Notes: generated by a model not told the origin, from the letters alone. A stretch of 64,000 nucleotides of DNA from Eledone cirrhosa (GCA_964016885.1 OZ024754.1:17608001-17672000); one strand, 5' to 3'; counted from the first letter of the stretch, positions 1 through 12,469 are shown. Translations and numbers: made by a program.

Positions 1-295
1 AATCTTCCTTTTCTGAAGAGTCCTTCCACTTGGAACTCCTGGCACTTCACTCAATGATCATTAACCATACCATCACATATCCATACCATCACATGTACAG
101 AGCATCAACATTTTGTCATAATAAATCTCATTGATCCTATGTCCAGTTTTTTCTTTAATTTATCTGTCTTTGTCTATCATCCACACCAATATTACAATAT
201 CCAGTGAAGCAAGCCAGCTTCATTTCTTTCTAAACTTCCCACCTCCCCTGTATTCAAAACCCATATCTCACTAATATATGATATAATATATTTAC

Positions 296-475
296 CTTCC
301 AACATCTTTATTTCTTCCTCCAATGATTTACATTTGGTGATCTCTTCTTCATAATCATTTTGTATTTTAATCACTTCTTGCTTCAAAGACTTCACTTCCT
401 CATCTTTTTCACTGAGACACAGAGTCAGTTCTTTCTTTATTTCATGGTATTCTAATTCTTGTTTTAATCTCATCT
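296..475 (-). CDS. Coiled-coil repeat exon, 180 nt (class A flank)
   Basis: GAAG|AG ATG AGA TTA ... TTG GAA G|GTAAAT; MRLKQELEYHE...IKMLE. Confidence 0.85.
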
Positions 476-630
476 CTTCAATTTTTTTTAGAAAACATTA
501 AATAAAAATGAAATGAAATGTTAGATTAAGATATATTTGATGTCCTTATAAATATATTTGAGAATATCTAAAGAATAATGACTTCATTCTTAAGATTATT
601 TTTAAGAAGTTATGATATCAATATATTTAC

Positions 631-810
631 TTTCCAAAATTGTTATCTGTTCCTGTAGTGATTCACACTTGGTAATCATTCCTTCATAGTTACTGTGTGT
701 TTTAATCACTTCTTCCTTGAATATCTTCACTTCCTTATCTTTTTCTATGAGATGTGTGGTCAAATCATTCATCTGTTCATTGTATTCCAATTCACCTTTT
801 AATCTCATCT
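631..810 (-). CDS. Coiled-coil repeat exon, 180 nt (class B flank)
   Basis: CAAG|AG ATG ... GAA A|GTAAAT; MRLKGELEYNE...ITILE. Confidence 0.85.
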
Positions 811-1319
811 CTTGAATTTGTTTTTGAAAAGATTCAAACAGAGGTGAAATTTTAGGTTAAGTTAGATTAGATGTCATACAAATATATTTGTGTGAATATT
901 ATATGAATAACAACTCAATTTCTTTTGTTTTGATTCAATATTTTCATATGAAATATTTACGTAATTAACTAATAATTAACCTATATGTGTCGATTTTTGA
1001 CAGCTCTGGCATTTGTGTTTGTAATTTTAAGCTATCCATTTTGTCAGCATATTTGTTTGAGAGAAAATGTGAACTTTATAATTTCCCATACATCATTTAT
1101 TTTGATATAAGAATTTGTAAGTGAATTAAGGAGAAATCAGCTAAAGTAAAATATATTTAATAAGTAAAAATTCTTTACATTACTCTAGTAATGTTACATA
1201 TTGATCTCTGAAGTAATTGAATGATTTGTATCAAATAACTTGTGTGTAAATACATTTGTACATATTTTTGTATCAGACATGGACTCTATAAGTCTGAGAG
1301 AATCAGTCTTTGTAGAGAA

Positions 1320-1508
1320 ACACCTCCGAATTCTCAGGTCCGCAGGTGGTCGGCCTGCGCCGATGGAACCGTGACTGGCTCGCTATCTCCAGTGACCTAG
1401 CCCGTGACCGTCGTGCGTGGGCTGCCATGGTTCGGGATGCCGTCAGGACAAGGGAAGAAACCGGCTCAACCCGTCCAGGGTGAATGTCGACACAAGTACA
1501 AGTAAGTA
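1320..1508 (+). mobile_element. 3' end of a non-LTR retrotransposon (RTE-like) with CAAGTA tail
   Basis: GC-rich island (GGRP.PRW...DLARDRRAW-like coding) ending CAAGTACAAGTAAGTA; CTTTGTAGAG occurs on both sides. Confidence 0.55.
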
Positions 1509-1871
1509 CTTTGTAGAGGAACTATAACTCCAAACAAATAAAACTATATGAGTTTAATGCAGATTCCATAAGCTATAAAGAAGGCCACCCATCTAGGAGA
1601 GCAGTCACTCTGATTAAAAACTGTTAGAGTAGAATATTGTATTAAGTCTAGTCAGAAAATACTTTGGTGCTAGTGACAGGATAAATTTCACCCAGCCAAT
1701 GCTGTAAGGTGGTTGGTGATAGGAATGACACCAAGATGGTGGTGCTGCTGGTGGTGTTGATGATGAAGATGCATATCCATTTTTTTCTTTAACTTGTTTT
1801 CCTTTTTCCATCTTTCCTTCTGTAGCTTCATTCCATTTGGAACTCCTGCCACTTCCCTCAATGATTAACAT

Positions 1872-2249
1872 CCATACCGACACATGCCCATACCATCACA
1901 AGCCCATACAGCCACATGTCCATACAGCCACATGTCCATACTGTCACATGTCCATTCCGTCACATGTCCATACTGTCACATGCCTATGCCGCCACATGTC
2001 CATACCATCACATGTCCATACAGCCACATGTCCATACCATCACATGTCCATACAGCCACATGTCCATGCCATCACATGTCCATACAGTCGCATGCCCATA
2101 CTGTCACATGTCCGCACAGTCCCATGTCCATACCATCACATGTCCATGCAGCCCCATGCCCATACCACCACATGTCCATACTGCCACATGTCCATACTGC
2201 CACATGTCCACACCGTCAAATGTCCATACCGTCACATGTCCATACCATC
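1872..2249. repeat. 16-bp minisatellite (CACATGTCCATACCRT), ~23 copies
   Basis: Direct inspection; the unit matches the RTE RWYGHVM coding segment. Confidence 0.9.
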
Positions 2250-2378
2250 TGTGCTTTATCCATCATACACACCAATACATCTAATAAACAACTCTAACAT
2301 ATTTTCTTTCTAAACTTTGCTCATCCTCTTTATTCAATGCCCATATCCCATTAAAATATGATATGATATTATATTTAC

Positions 2379-2558
2379 CATCCAAAATCGTTATCTGTTC
2401 CATTAGTGATTTATATTTGGTAATCTCCTCTTTATAGTAGTGTTGTATCTTAACCACTTCTTCCTTGAAAGCCATCAATTCTTCATCTTTTTCACTAAGA
2501 CATAGCGTCAGATTTTTTATCTTTTCAATGTATTCCACTTCACCTGTTAATCTTACCT
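2379..2558 (-). CDS. Coiled-coil repeat exon, 180 nt
   Basis: CAAG|AG GTA AGA TTA ... GAT G|GTAAAT; no ATG at the usual position. Confidence 0.85.
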
Positions 2559-3125
2559 CTTGAATTTGTTTTTGAAAAAATTCAAATAAAAATGTTATGT
2601 TATGTTAGGTTAGGTTAAGTTAAATTAAATGTCATATAAATACTTTTGTTAATAGTGTACAAATAACGACTAAATTCTTGACATTACTCCAGTCAGACAA
2701 CCTTTCTGGTGTTAGTGGCAGGATAAAATACACCCAACTCATCCTATAAAATAGTTGGTGATAGGAAGGTCATCTATATAGAAAAAGCATGCCAAAACCA
2801 TGACTAGTACAACACACAAGATAAACATTAATTGTCTATACAGAATTAACACTAACCAAGTTAGTGGAATGGCTAACCTGTCCTTATGTGAGAAATCCTT
2901 GATCGTCATCAAACAATCATAAATTTGCTTTCAACTACAGAAAGCTGTGACCAAAAGATAATTCAGTCACTACTGGACACCCTTGTACAGTAGAGTAGCA
3001 GCTTTCAGAGCTGCCAGTTTTAATGTAGTAACTACAAAATGTAGACTAAGTGAAATTGTAGAGAGGCTTTTGTTAAGATAAGTAGATGATGATAGAAGTG
3101 ATAGGCATTGTGGGGATTATGTATA

Positions 3126-3930
3126 TCATCATCATCATCATCGTTTAACGTCCATCTTCCACGCTTGCATGGGTTTGGACGGGAATTTTCCCACTTGAGG
3201 CAAGATTTGTTGTCCTGCTCGTATAGGACTATCTGGTGGGTTTTCTACGGCTGGATGCCCTTCCTAACACCAACCACATTTACAGTGTGGACTGGGAGGT
3301 TTTTACCGTGTTACCTACACGGCCACATTACAGCGTGGACTGTGTGTTTTTTTTTGTCGTGACACCTACACGACCTCATTTGTTTCGGGCTGGATGTTGT
3401 GGTACCAACATAACTTTACATTGAAAGGGGTGGTGTGGATGGGGTGGGGGTAGTGGGACGGGGGTGTATTTTTGTTAGAGGTGCCTACTGACTGTAGGTT
3501 TCGCTTTGTACTTAGGTAAGGTGGGTCTTCTGTATTACTGTGTAGCGCCAAAGATCTTGGTCCAGTGACATTGTCTTGGAGAGGTGTAAGTGTGTGAGGT
3601 CGGAATTTATCAAGTCGTCCCAGGTTTTTCTGGGTCTGCCTACTCCATGGCTACCATCTATTTTGATCGCCCTGCACTTTTTATACAGCTGTCGTCTTTC
3701 ATGCGCATCACGTGACCGTACCAACGTAGTCTTCTCTCGAGTAAACAACATCTGATCCCTCTTATTCCTAATTTCTCCCTTAGTTCATTTATGCTTTGCC
3801 GTTCACGTATATTACTATTACACATCCAACAGAGCATGCAAGCTTCGTTCCTCTCCAGTCTGCGTATATCCTCTGCACACAATGCCCAAGTCTCACTGCC
3901 ATGTAACATTGCTGTTCGTATGCAGGCATA
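3126..3930 (-). mobile_element. 5'-truncated RTE-clade LINE (ORF C-terminus, 3'UTR, (GAT)n tail)
   Basis: AMLHGSETWAL...RRLRWYGHVMRM...GRPRKTW; near-identical to 32747-33548. Confidence 0.9.
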
Positions 3931-5298
3931 GAAACACCAGAACAGTGGAAAACTGCCAGTGTCATTTCTCTGTTCAAAAAGGGTGACCACACATCACCTG
4001 TGAACTATCGTCCAGTCAGTCTTACTAGTTGCATCGCCAAACTGATGGAATCCTGTGTCAGAGAAACACTTTGGAACTTCTGGAGCTCTCACAGTCTTAT
4101 CCGGCCCTCGCAATTTAGATTTATCCCCAACTCCAGCTGCTGTGATCAACTTATAGAGTTTCTTGAGGACATCACCCGGATCACTGATGGCGGCTCATGG
4201 ATGGATGTTGTTTACTTTGCGAAAGCCTTCAATTCTGTGCCACACAAAAAGCTTATGGCAAAACTCTCTGCAATGGGTGTGAAGGATAATCTTTTTAACT
4301 GGTTGAAGTCCTTCATTCTCAGTCGAAGAGAGGTAGTCACGGTTCTGGGACAGCATTCCTCACCATATGAGATGTCATCTGGTGTACCACAGGGATCTGT
4401 TCTTGGCCCCCTTTTGTTTGTGGCATATATTAATGACATAGATGCCAACTTAAAGAATGCCACGGTACTAAAGTATGCAGACGACATCAAGCTGTACCTT
4501 GAGATAAAAAGGACAGATCCTGAACACTATAGATCTTGCTTGCAGTCTGACCTGGACACAATGCAACAATGGATCTCAGACTGGCAACTCAAGCTAGCTG
4601 TGGACAAGTGCACCACCATGCATTTTGGGAGTAAAAACCCAGCGTCCACATACTCCCTCCACAGCACTAATATCAAGAAGTCTTCCTGTGAACGTGACCT
4701 GGGCATTACGGTCAGCAGCTATTTGCGTTGGATGAAGCACGTCTCTAAAATTGTCAAGAGGGCCGAGGGTGTCTTAGCATCACTCAACAAGACCTTTGTC
4801 AGCCGCTCTCCAGATATCTATTTAAGGCTGTACATGGTTATGGTGCGGCCACACTTAGAATTTGCATCACCAGTCTGGAACCCCTATCTTCTTCAGAACA
4901 TTGATCGCCTGGAAACTGTTCAGAGACGTGCAACCAAGCGAATACCCTCCATCAGGCATCTACCATACTCTGAGCGCCTTGCTTCCCTGGGCATGGATAC
5001 ATTGAAGCTCCGACGCCTGTCAACTGACTTGGTAAACACCCACAAAATTGTTAACCATCTCGCCAACAACAACCCTGAGTACCTTTTTGTTTTCCATGTG
5101 TCTAACACATGTGGACATGCCCACAAAGTCAGAAAACAGCACAGTTCCCATGACTTTGGAAACATTTTTTCAGGCTCAGAGTTGCTGAAGCATGGAACAA
5201 ACTATTTGCATCAGTTATTAGCTGTCGAGACACTGCATCCTTTAAGGCCTCCATGCTTCCCGAGATCTGCCAACACTACAGCTAATGTTCCCCTTCCA
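3931..5298 (+). mobile_element. CR1/L2-group LINE reverse transcriptase fragment
   Basis: NYRPVSLTSCIAKLME, KAFNSVPH, SGVPQGSVLGPLLF, YADD, VRPHLEFASPVWNP. Confidence 0.9.
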
Positions 5299-5498
5299 NN
5301 NNNNNNNNNNNNNNNNNNNNNNNNNNNNNNNNNNNNNNNNNNNNNNNNNNNNNNNNNNNNNNNNNNNNNNNNNNNNNNNNNNNNNNNNNNNNNNNNNNNN
5401 NNNNNNNNNNNNNNNNNNNNNNNNNNNNNNNNNNNNNNNNNNNNNNNNNNNNNNNNNNNNNNNNNNNNNNNNNNNNNNNNNNNNNNNNNNNNNNNNNN
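5299..5498. other. Assembly gap (200 N)
   Basis: N run. Confidence 1.
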
Positions 5499-5714
5499 TC
5501 TATATATTAATTTCAACAATGTCAGTATTCTGTGTGTCATAATTCTCGATTATCATTGGTTCATAGGTTTCAAACGACTCCGCCCACCTCAACGACGCCA
5601 ATGAGGGAGTGAGAGGGGAGAGTAAGAAACAGAGAGGCAAAGTGAACGCTGTAACTATTACCATGTGTGCGTGTGTATGTACGTGCGCGTATGTTTATGT
5701 GTGTGTGGAATGGA

Positions 5715-6185
5715 TAGAGATGGATAGAGAGGGAGAGATAGAGAGGGGACAGACGAAAGCTATGGCGTGGGTGTACCTTGGGTTCATAGTAGTAATCTGC
5801 GAATTGCACTAAGTTTCCATTTATAGTGATAAGCAGGGTATTGTCTTGTAGTGTGAGGGGAAGAGAAAGTGGTTAGCTAGAAAGCAATGTTATAGTTACG
5901 GGTTCGAATGTTAAGTTATTTTATAGTGAGAGAATTTAGCTTTCAGTCTGTGGTTGCAGTATAATGATCGTTCGATTCTATCATTTAGTAATTTATTTTT
6001 GGATTTTAAGATGTAAAAGAGTTCAAGGTTACATAACCTACAGTACTTCAATCCACTCCAATATGCACTAGCGCTGGAAAGTATATCCCATTTCAAGGTG
6101 AACTGTTGGTTGCGTTCACGGCGTTGCCAGGTCTTGTTGGCGAGCGTGGTCAAAAAACGGTGATCAGGATGTTTAATTGAGAATT
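5715..6185 (-). mobile_element. Inverted copy of the Penelope 3' region
   Basis: Reverse complement of ~7236-7696. Confidence 0.85.
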
Positions 6186-7699
6186 GATGACGCTACCAGC
6201 AAGATTTAAAGGAGGGAGTGGTAGACCCGGGCTCTTATTAGTTAATAACATAAATAACCAAAATCTTGAAAGGCTACGGAAAAACATTAGAAAATCTTTT
6301 AGTCTAAAAATAACGTACGAATATAATCGTAAAGTAGTAAATTTTCTAGACGTAACTCTTAATTTAAATACCGGACTGATACGACCCTTCCACAAGATAA
6401 ATGAGAACCTTACCTATATCAATTTTAACTCAAACCACCCACTCTCCATGATCAAATCGGTTCCCCGTAGTATTTCTCTTAGAATCTCTCGCCTATCGTC
6501 TGACTCTGAGATTTTTAGTGAACATGCTGAATACTATAATAATTGTTTCTACTTAAGGCACAAGGCCAGCAATTAAGGAATGCCGACCACCGGGATACAA
6601 TAGAATACATTGATAAGAATCTCCATAACACACATAGCTCTACACGAAATCAAGGAATACGTAACCGGGGTACTGAAATACAAGTGCACACATGTAGTAC
6701 CACCAGACATACTAATAATAGAAAATCATCACCAAATAAATCACATTGTAGAAAGTATATCTGGTATAATACCATTTTTAATGCTTCGATTAGTACAAAG
6801 CTATCTCTTTCATTCTTTAAGTTAATCAACAAGCATTTCCCTACTTCCCATAAATACAGTAAAATTCTGAACTCTAAAACTATTAAACTATCATACTCCA
6901 CGGCACCAAACCTTGAAGCATACATAAAAAAACTTAACTTAAAGCAATTAAACAACACTACAAAACAAAATATTTTAATAACAGATGAGCGTAACGTAAT
7001 ATCGGCCTCCCAGCCACTAAATGGGAGACACCTGTACTGCTATCACAACCTATCCATGGCGTACCCGCTACCCACAACAAAAACTGTAACTGCCACCTAC
7101 CTGAAAGATATCCATTGAAGAATGAATGCCTAAAGTCCAACATTGTTTACCAATGCACGGTTGAATCGAACGACCAGAAATGGTATTACATCGGGTCTAC
7201 CACTACCTCCTTTAAATCTCGCTGGTACCGTCATCGATTCTCAATTAAACATCCTGATCACCGTTTTGTGACCACGCTCGCCAACAAGACCTGGCAACTC
7301 CGTGAACGCAACCAACAGTTCACCTTGAAATGGGATATACTTTCCAGCGCTAGTGCATATTGGAGTGGATTGAAGTACTGTAGGTTATGTAACCTTGAAC
7401 TCTTTTATATCTTAAATCCCAAAATGAATTACTAAATGATAGAAGCGAACGATCATTATACTGCAACCACAAACTGAAAGCTAAATTCTCTCACTATAAA
7501 ATAACTTAACATTCGAACCTGTAACTATAACATTGCTTTCTAGCTAACCACTTTCTCTTCCCCCACACTACAAGACAATACCCTGCTTATCACTATAAAT
7601 GGAAACTTAGTGCAATTCACAGATTACTACTCAGAACCATAGCCCCACCCCATAGCTTTCGTCTGTCCCCCCTCTATCTCTCCCTCTCTATCCATTCCA

Positions 7700-7750
<51 letters not shown>

Positions 7751-8180
7751 CCTAGGTACACCTCCCTCCCTCTCCCCATCTATGAACCTGCTCTCTGTGG
7801 CAATAAATAATCCCAACCTTGACTATCAAAGCATCGCTTAAGGTGGTCACTTTAAGAGTAACCAGTATAATAAAACCCCTACCACAACATTTTGATTAAG
7901 ATATATCTACAAACCACTCTCTCCCATTTCTCCAACCCCTGCATATCTCTCTCTCTCTCTCCCTATCCCCTTCTTTTCTCTCTTCCTTTTCTACTCTATC
8001 TTCCCCAATAACCTCACTTAAGGGTATTTATATTGTACATTTTAACCATTCTGCTCTGATGATACAGTGGTCACAGCATTTGATAATTGAGTTTTGCAAA
8101 TAGTTATAAATTTGCACATAGCATAACTAGGCTGTATAATTACCATGGAAACATTTGTAAGCACACAGAATAAATTACCT
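6186..8180 (+). mobile_element. Penelope-like element, degenerate (RT C-terminus plus GIY-YIG endonuclease)
   Basis: VNFLDVTLNL...YINFNSNHP; NIVYQCTV...YYIGSTTTSFKSRWYRH; CRLCNLE; frameshifted across three ORFs. Confidence 0.85.
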
Positions 8181-8213
8181 TTTTATGATGTCTACCTGTT
8201 ATTATTCATTCTT

Positions 8214-8288
<75 letters not shown>

Positions 8289-8641
8289 ACTGATATATAT
8301 ATATCCAGTTTTTCCTTCAACACATTTTTCTTCAACTTGTTTTCTTTCTTCAGTTTTCTACCTTCTGTAGTTTCAGTCTACTTGAAACTTTTGACACATC
8401 TTCACCACAAAATCATCAACCGTACCCATCACATGTCCATACCGTCACAATCTTCTTTCCTCCAAACTAAACCTGATGCCCTCTATACTCATATTTCATG
8501 CCATTTATCTGTGCTTAGTCCATCACCCACACCAGTATTACATCTAATAAACAACTCTAACACCCCTTCTTTCTAAACTTTGCATCTCCTCTGCATTCAA
8601 TGCCCATATCTGACTAAAATATGTTGTTATAATATATTTAC

Positions 8642-8821
8642 CATCCAATGTCTTTATCTCTTCCTCCAATGTTTTACAGTTAATAATCTCTTCTTTATAG
8701 TCCATTTCAAATGCAATGCCTCCGTGCTCCAAAAACTTCAATTCTTCATCTTTTTCGCTGAGATATATGGTCAGCTCTGTCTTTCGTTTATTGTACTCAA
8801 ATTCATGTTTTAATTTCATTT
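8642..8821 (-). CDS. Coiled-coil repeat exon, 180 nt
   Basis: GAAG|AA ATG AAA TTA ... GAT G|GTAAAT. Confidence 0.85.
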
Positions 8822-9215
8822 CTTCAATTTGATTTTGCAAACATTCAAATAAAAATGAAATGTTAATATTTAATGAATAATAAATTCATTCTTAATTTAA
8901 CTTGAGGAATATTATTTATCAAACAAGGAATTTCTCTATCTCTTCTTGTCTTACAACTTTCACCATGTCACACCAACATACATCATACTAAACATTTTGT
9001 CCAATTCTTTCTCTACTAGAATTACATCCTACTAACTGTCTTGTCAATGTTACCATCAAAACACTAACACCAAATATTTCAAACTAAATATTAACCATAA
9101 TTACCACACTCAGGTGGGAAATATACCTGAAACTATTTTCTTCAGTCAAATTAATACAAAAATAATCTAAATCTGCTAAATTATTTTTAAGAAGTTATGA
9201 TATCAATATATTTAC

Positions 9216-9395
9216 CTTCCATCATTTTTATCTGTTTTTCCAGTGAAATACATTTGATAATCTCTTCTTCATAGAAATTTTGTATTTTAATCATTTCTTT
9301 GTTCAAAGACTTCACTTCCTCATCTTTTTCTCTGAAACGTTGGGTCAAGTTTTCCTTCATATTTTTGTATTCCAATTCAGCCTTTAATCTCATCT
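9216..9395 (-). CDS. Coiled-coil repeat exon, 180 nt
   Basis: TAAG|AG ATG ... GAA G|GTAAAT; an in-frame TAA immediately upstream fixes the acceptor position. Confidence 0.85.
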
Positions 9396-9967
9396 CTTAA
9401 ATTTGTTTTAGAAAACATTCAAATAAAAGTGAAATGTTAGGTTAAGTTAGATTAGATGTCATATAAATATTTGTGTGAATATTTAATGAATAATAACTTA
9501 ATTCTTAATTTAACTTTAGCAATATTATTACATTCTTGTCTTGTCAATGTTCCCATCAAAACACTAACACCAAATATTTCAAACTAAATAGTAACCATAA
9601 TCACCACACTCAGGTGTTGCTATATTCTCGCCTGAAAAGGTGTAAAATATACCTGAAACTCTTTTCTCAGTCAAATTAATACAAAAATAATCTAAACTTG
9701 CTAAACTAGCCAGTCAACACTAACATGGAAATATCAACATAAACCCAACTACCAACATTGTTCTGTCCTTCCTTAAACAGAAGAATGATAAAATGTAATA
9801 CAAATCTGAATTTACAGATGTTGAACTAGAGTTAAAATATATTTTTCCATGTCAATCCTCTGGCTATTTTTTCTTCAGTTAAATTATTTTTAGTAATAAA
9901 TCTTTCAACTGCTTTATATCACACTGAAAAGATTATTTTAAAGAAGTTATGATATCAATATATTTAC

Positions 9968-10147
9968 CTTCTAACAACTTTATATGTTCCTCCAGTGATT
10001 TACACTTGGTAACCTCTTCTTCATAGTTACTTTGTATTTTAATCATTTCTTCCTTGAAAGATAGCACTTCTTCATCTTTTTCTTTGAGATGTTGAGTCAG
10101 TTCTTTCTTCATATTATTGTATTCTAATTCACATTTTAATCTCATCT
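9968..10147 (-). CDS. Coiled-coil repeat exon, 180 nt
   Basis: AAAG|AG ATG ... GAA G|GTAAAT. Confidence 0.85.
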
Positions 10148-10647
10148 CTTTGATTTGTTTTAAAAAATATTGAAACAAAAGTGAAATGTTAGATCAAGAT
10201 AAAATATAAATATTTTAGATAATATTGAAAGAATAACAACTTCATTCTTAATTTAACTCAAGGTAGATCAGATAAAATTGTGGAGATGCTTTGATGTGTA
10301 AATGAAGGTGGTGAAGGTGATGATGATGATGATGATGATGATAATTGATATATTGGTAGTTTTCCTTATTCAGTCTTGCCTTTCTGTAGATTCCTTCTAC
10401 TTTGAATATTTCTTCACCACAAAAATCATCAACCGTACCCATCACATGTCCATACCATTACAGTATCTTCCAAACTAAACCTGACGCCCTCTATGTTCAG
10501 TTTCTCCTTCAATTTATCTGTGCTTTGTCCATACACACCAGTATTACATCTAATAAACAACTCTAACATCATTTCTTTCTAAACTTTGCTCATTCTCTTC
10601 ATTCAATGCCCATATCTCACTAAAATATGGTGTAATAATATATTTAC

Positions 10648-10827
10648 CATCCAAAATCTCTAACTCTTCCTCCAATGATATACATTTGTAAATCTCTTCT
10701 TCACAATTATTTTGTATTTTAACCACTTCTTCCTTCAATGACTTCACTTCCTCATCTTTTTCTCTGAGACGTTGGGTCAGTTCTTTCAACTTTTCAAAGT
10801 ATTGACTTTCACTTTTTACTCTCAGCT
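10648..10827 (-). CDS. Coiled-coil repeat exon, 180 nt
   Basis: TAAG|AG CTG AGA GTA ... GAT G|GTAAAT. Confidence 0.85.
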
Positions 10828-11285
10828 CTTAAATTTGTTTTAAAAAACATTCAAATAAAAGTGAAATGTTAGGTTAAGTTAGATTAGATGTCATATAAAT
10901 ATTTGTGTGAATATTTAATGAATAATAACTTAATTCTTAATTTAATTTTAGCAATATTATTTATTGATCTATGAATATACCCAACAATTCTCCTCATACC
11001 ACTTTCACCATGTCACACCAACAGACATCATACTAAACATTTTGTCCAATTCTTTCTCTACTAGAATTACATCCTACTAACTGTCTTGTCAATGTTCCCA
11101 TCAAAACACTAACACCAAATATTTCAAACTAAATATTAACCATAATCACCACACTCAGGTGTTGCTATATTCTCACCTGAAAAGGTGTGAAATATACCTG
11201 CAAACTCTTTTCTCAGTCAAATTAATAAAAAATAATCTAAATCTGCTAAATTATTTCTAAGAAGTTATGATATCAATATATTTAC

Positions 11286-11465
11286 CTTCCAACATTTTTA
11301 TCTGTTTTTCCAGTGAAATACATTTGGTAATCTCTTCTTTATAGCAAGTTTGTCTTCTAATAATATTTTCCTTGAAAGATTTCATTTCCTTATCTTTTTC
11401 TCTGAGATGTTGGGTCAAGTCTTCCATTCTTTCATTGTTTTCTAATCCACCTTTTAATCTCATCT
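11286..11465 (-). CDS. Coiled-coil repeat exon, 180 nt
   Basis: AAAG|AG ATG ... GAA G|GTAAAT. Confidence 0.85.
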
Positions 11466-12469
11466 CTTTAATTTGTTTTAGAAAATATTGAAATAAAAAT
11501 GAAATGAAATGAATGTTAGGTTAAGTTAGATTAGATGTCATGTAAATATATTTGTTAATATTGTGAGAATAATGACTTACTTCTTGACTTAACTTGTAGT
11601 ATTATTTATCAAACTCTGAAGTAATTTGATAATTTGTATCAATAAACTAGTGTGTAAATGTGTTCATGTTTATATTTTGAGCAGAAATGGGTGCTATAAG
11701 CCACTTAAAATAAATAAAATTGTACAGTTTGAATGTTGATATCATAAGTAGCAGAGATGGCAGCCAGTTTAAGAGATCAGTCACTTATACAGGGTAGAGA
11801 TGACTCCTCAGTCCTCTCAGATGACCTCTCTAATGCAAGTGTCAGGATAAAATGCATCCAGTCTACACTGTAAAGATGTTGGTAATAGGAAAAATATCAA
11901 CCTAGAAAAATCATGCCAAAACAATGATTCTACTACAACACGCAAGATAAACACTAACTGCATATATCAAATATCAAACGATCTTGCAATCTCTTTCAAC
12001 TATAGAAAGCTGTGACCAGAAGATGACCCAATTACTGCAGGACATCCATTTACTGTAAGGCAACACATTTCAGAGCTGCCATTCCTAATGTAGGCACTAT
12101 GAAAGGTAGATCAAGTGAAATTGTAGAGATGCTCTGTGCACTGAGGAGTAAATGATGATGATGATAATTGATATATTGGTTGTTTCCCTTATTCAGTCTT
12201 GCGTTTCTGTAAATTCCTTCTACTAAATTTCTTCACAACTAAATTATCAACTATTCCCATCACATATCCATACCATCACAATCTTCTCTCTACCAAACTA
12301 AACCTATTGCCACTATGCCCAGTTTTCTCTCCAATTTTCTGTTTTGTCTGTCATCTACACCAATATTACATCTAATAAACAATTCTAACATCATTTCTTT
12401 CTAACCTTTGCCTCTCTTCGGTATTCAATGCCCATATCTCGCTAAAATATGTTGTTATATTATATTTAC

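Noticed and set aside
192-808. Treating each MRLK...GKY ORF as a separate small gene
   Set aside because: The ATG is not conserved (CTG, GTA, ATA, GCG, TTG in other copies), and shared similarity across all copies ends just after a G|GT donor in matching phase
1837-2313. His/Cys/Pro-rich ORFs resembling a metal-binding protein (also 22560-22989 and 25119-25397)
   Set aside because: All three frames give the same peptide because the DNA is a 16-bp minisatellite derived from an RTE, antisense to the gene
4000-5604. 534-aa ORF as an intact gene
   Set aside because: It is a CR1 RT fragment with a deletion and a frameshifted end, artificially extended across the N gap
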